Assembly: GCA_963813025.1 (NCBI GenBank)
Contig: CAWEXO010000005.1
Location: forward strand, 256,001 to 320,000
DNA: 64,000 nt
Direction of reading: 5' to 3'
Source of the DNA: an uncultured Verrucomicrobiae bacterium
Lineage (GTDB): Bacteria > Verrucomicrobiota > Verrucomicrobiia > Chthoniobacterales > JAFAMB01
Part shown: piece after piece, positions 63,953 to 64,000 of the stretch
How the letters are laid out: every line of letters starts with the position of its first letter
Position numbering within the stretch: position 1 is the first letter of the stretch
The notes under the pieces: generated by a model
Told to the model about the DNA's origin: nothing
What the model saw: the letters and a program-made list of their open reading frames with translations, nothing else
The model's database searches: none
Translations under genes and position numbers: made by a program

Positions 63953-64000
63953 AACTTAAATTCCGTTCCTAACAATTCGTTTTAGTCGCTTTGACAACTG

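Overview
Bacterial DNA, probably from a soil Verrucomicrobiota (Chthoniobacterales-like). This is an inference from the adjacent bamD-lptE genes, a DUF5069-like gene and MKxR-type signal peptides. The window has three zones. (1) About 1.3-32.7 kb is a heavily decayed mobile-element region: two diverged MOBP relaxase/TraG modules, remnants of Tn3, IS66, IS3, IS21, IS1380, TniQ and RAYT, an IS110 interrupted by an IS256, an intact IS630, toxin-antitoxin pairs and gene fragments fused at microhomologies. Two intact cargo loci survive in it. One is a two-gene operon encoding an ELP-repeat small protein and a 946-aa PRTase-AMMECR1-AMMECR1-helical-toroid protein, my best candidate for an undescribed RiPP-like peptide-modification system. 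The other is an 836-aa permuted NlpC/P60-like protein. (2) About 32.7-58.1 kb is mostly metabolic and core genes (KimA-like transporter, SDR plus LarA-family enzyme, sugar ABC transporter, bamD-lptE-rsmI-thrC, WYL regulator), with REP-like repeats, a 309-bp palindromic MITE and an HNH toxin/SUKH immunity pair. (3) From 58.2 kb, a 3' half-tRNA att site borders a decayed prophage (cargo genes, tail protein remnant, tape measure). Several otherwise intact genes carry single frameshifts, which may be sequencing errors. All calls come from motif recognition by eye; no searches were run.
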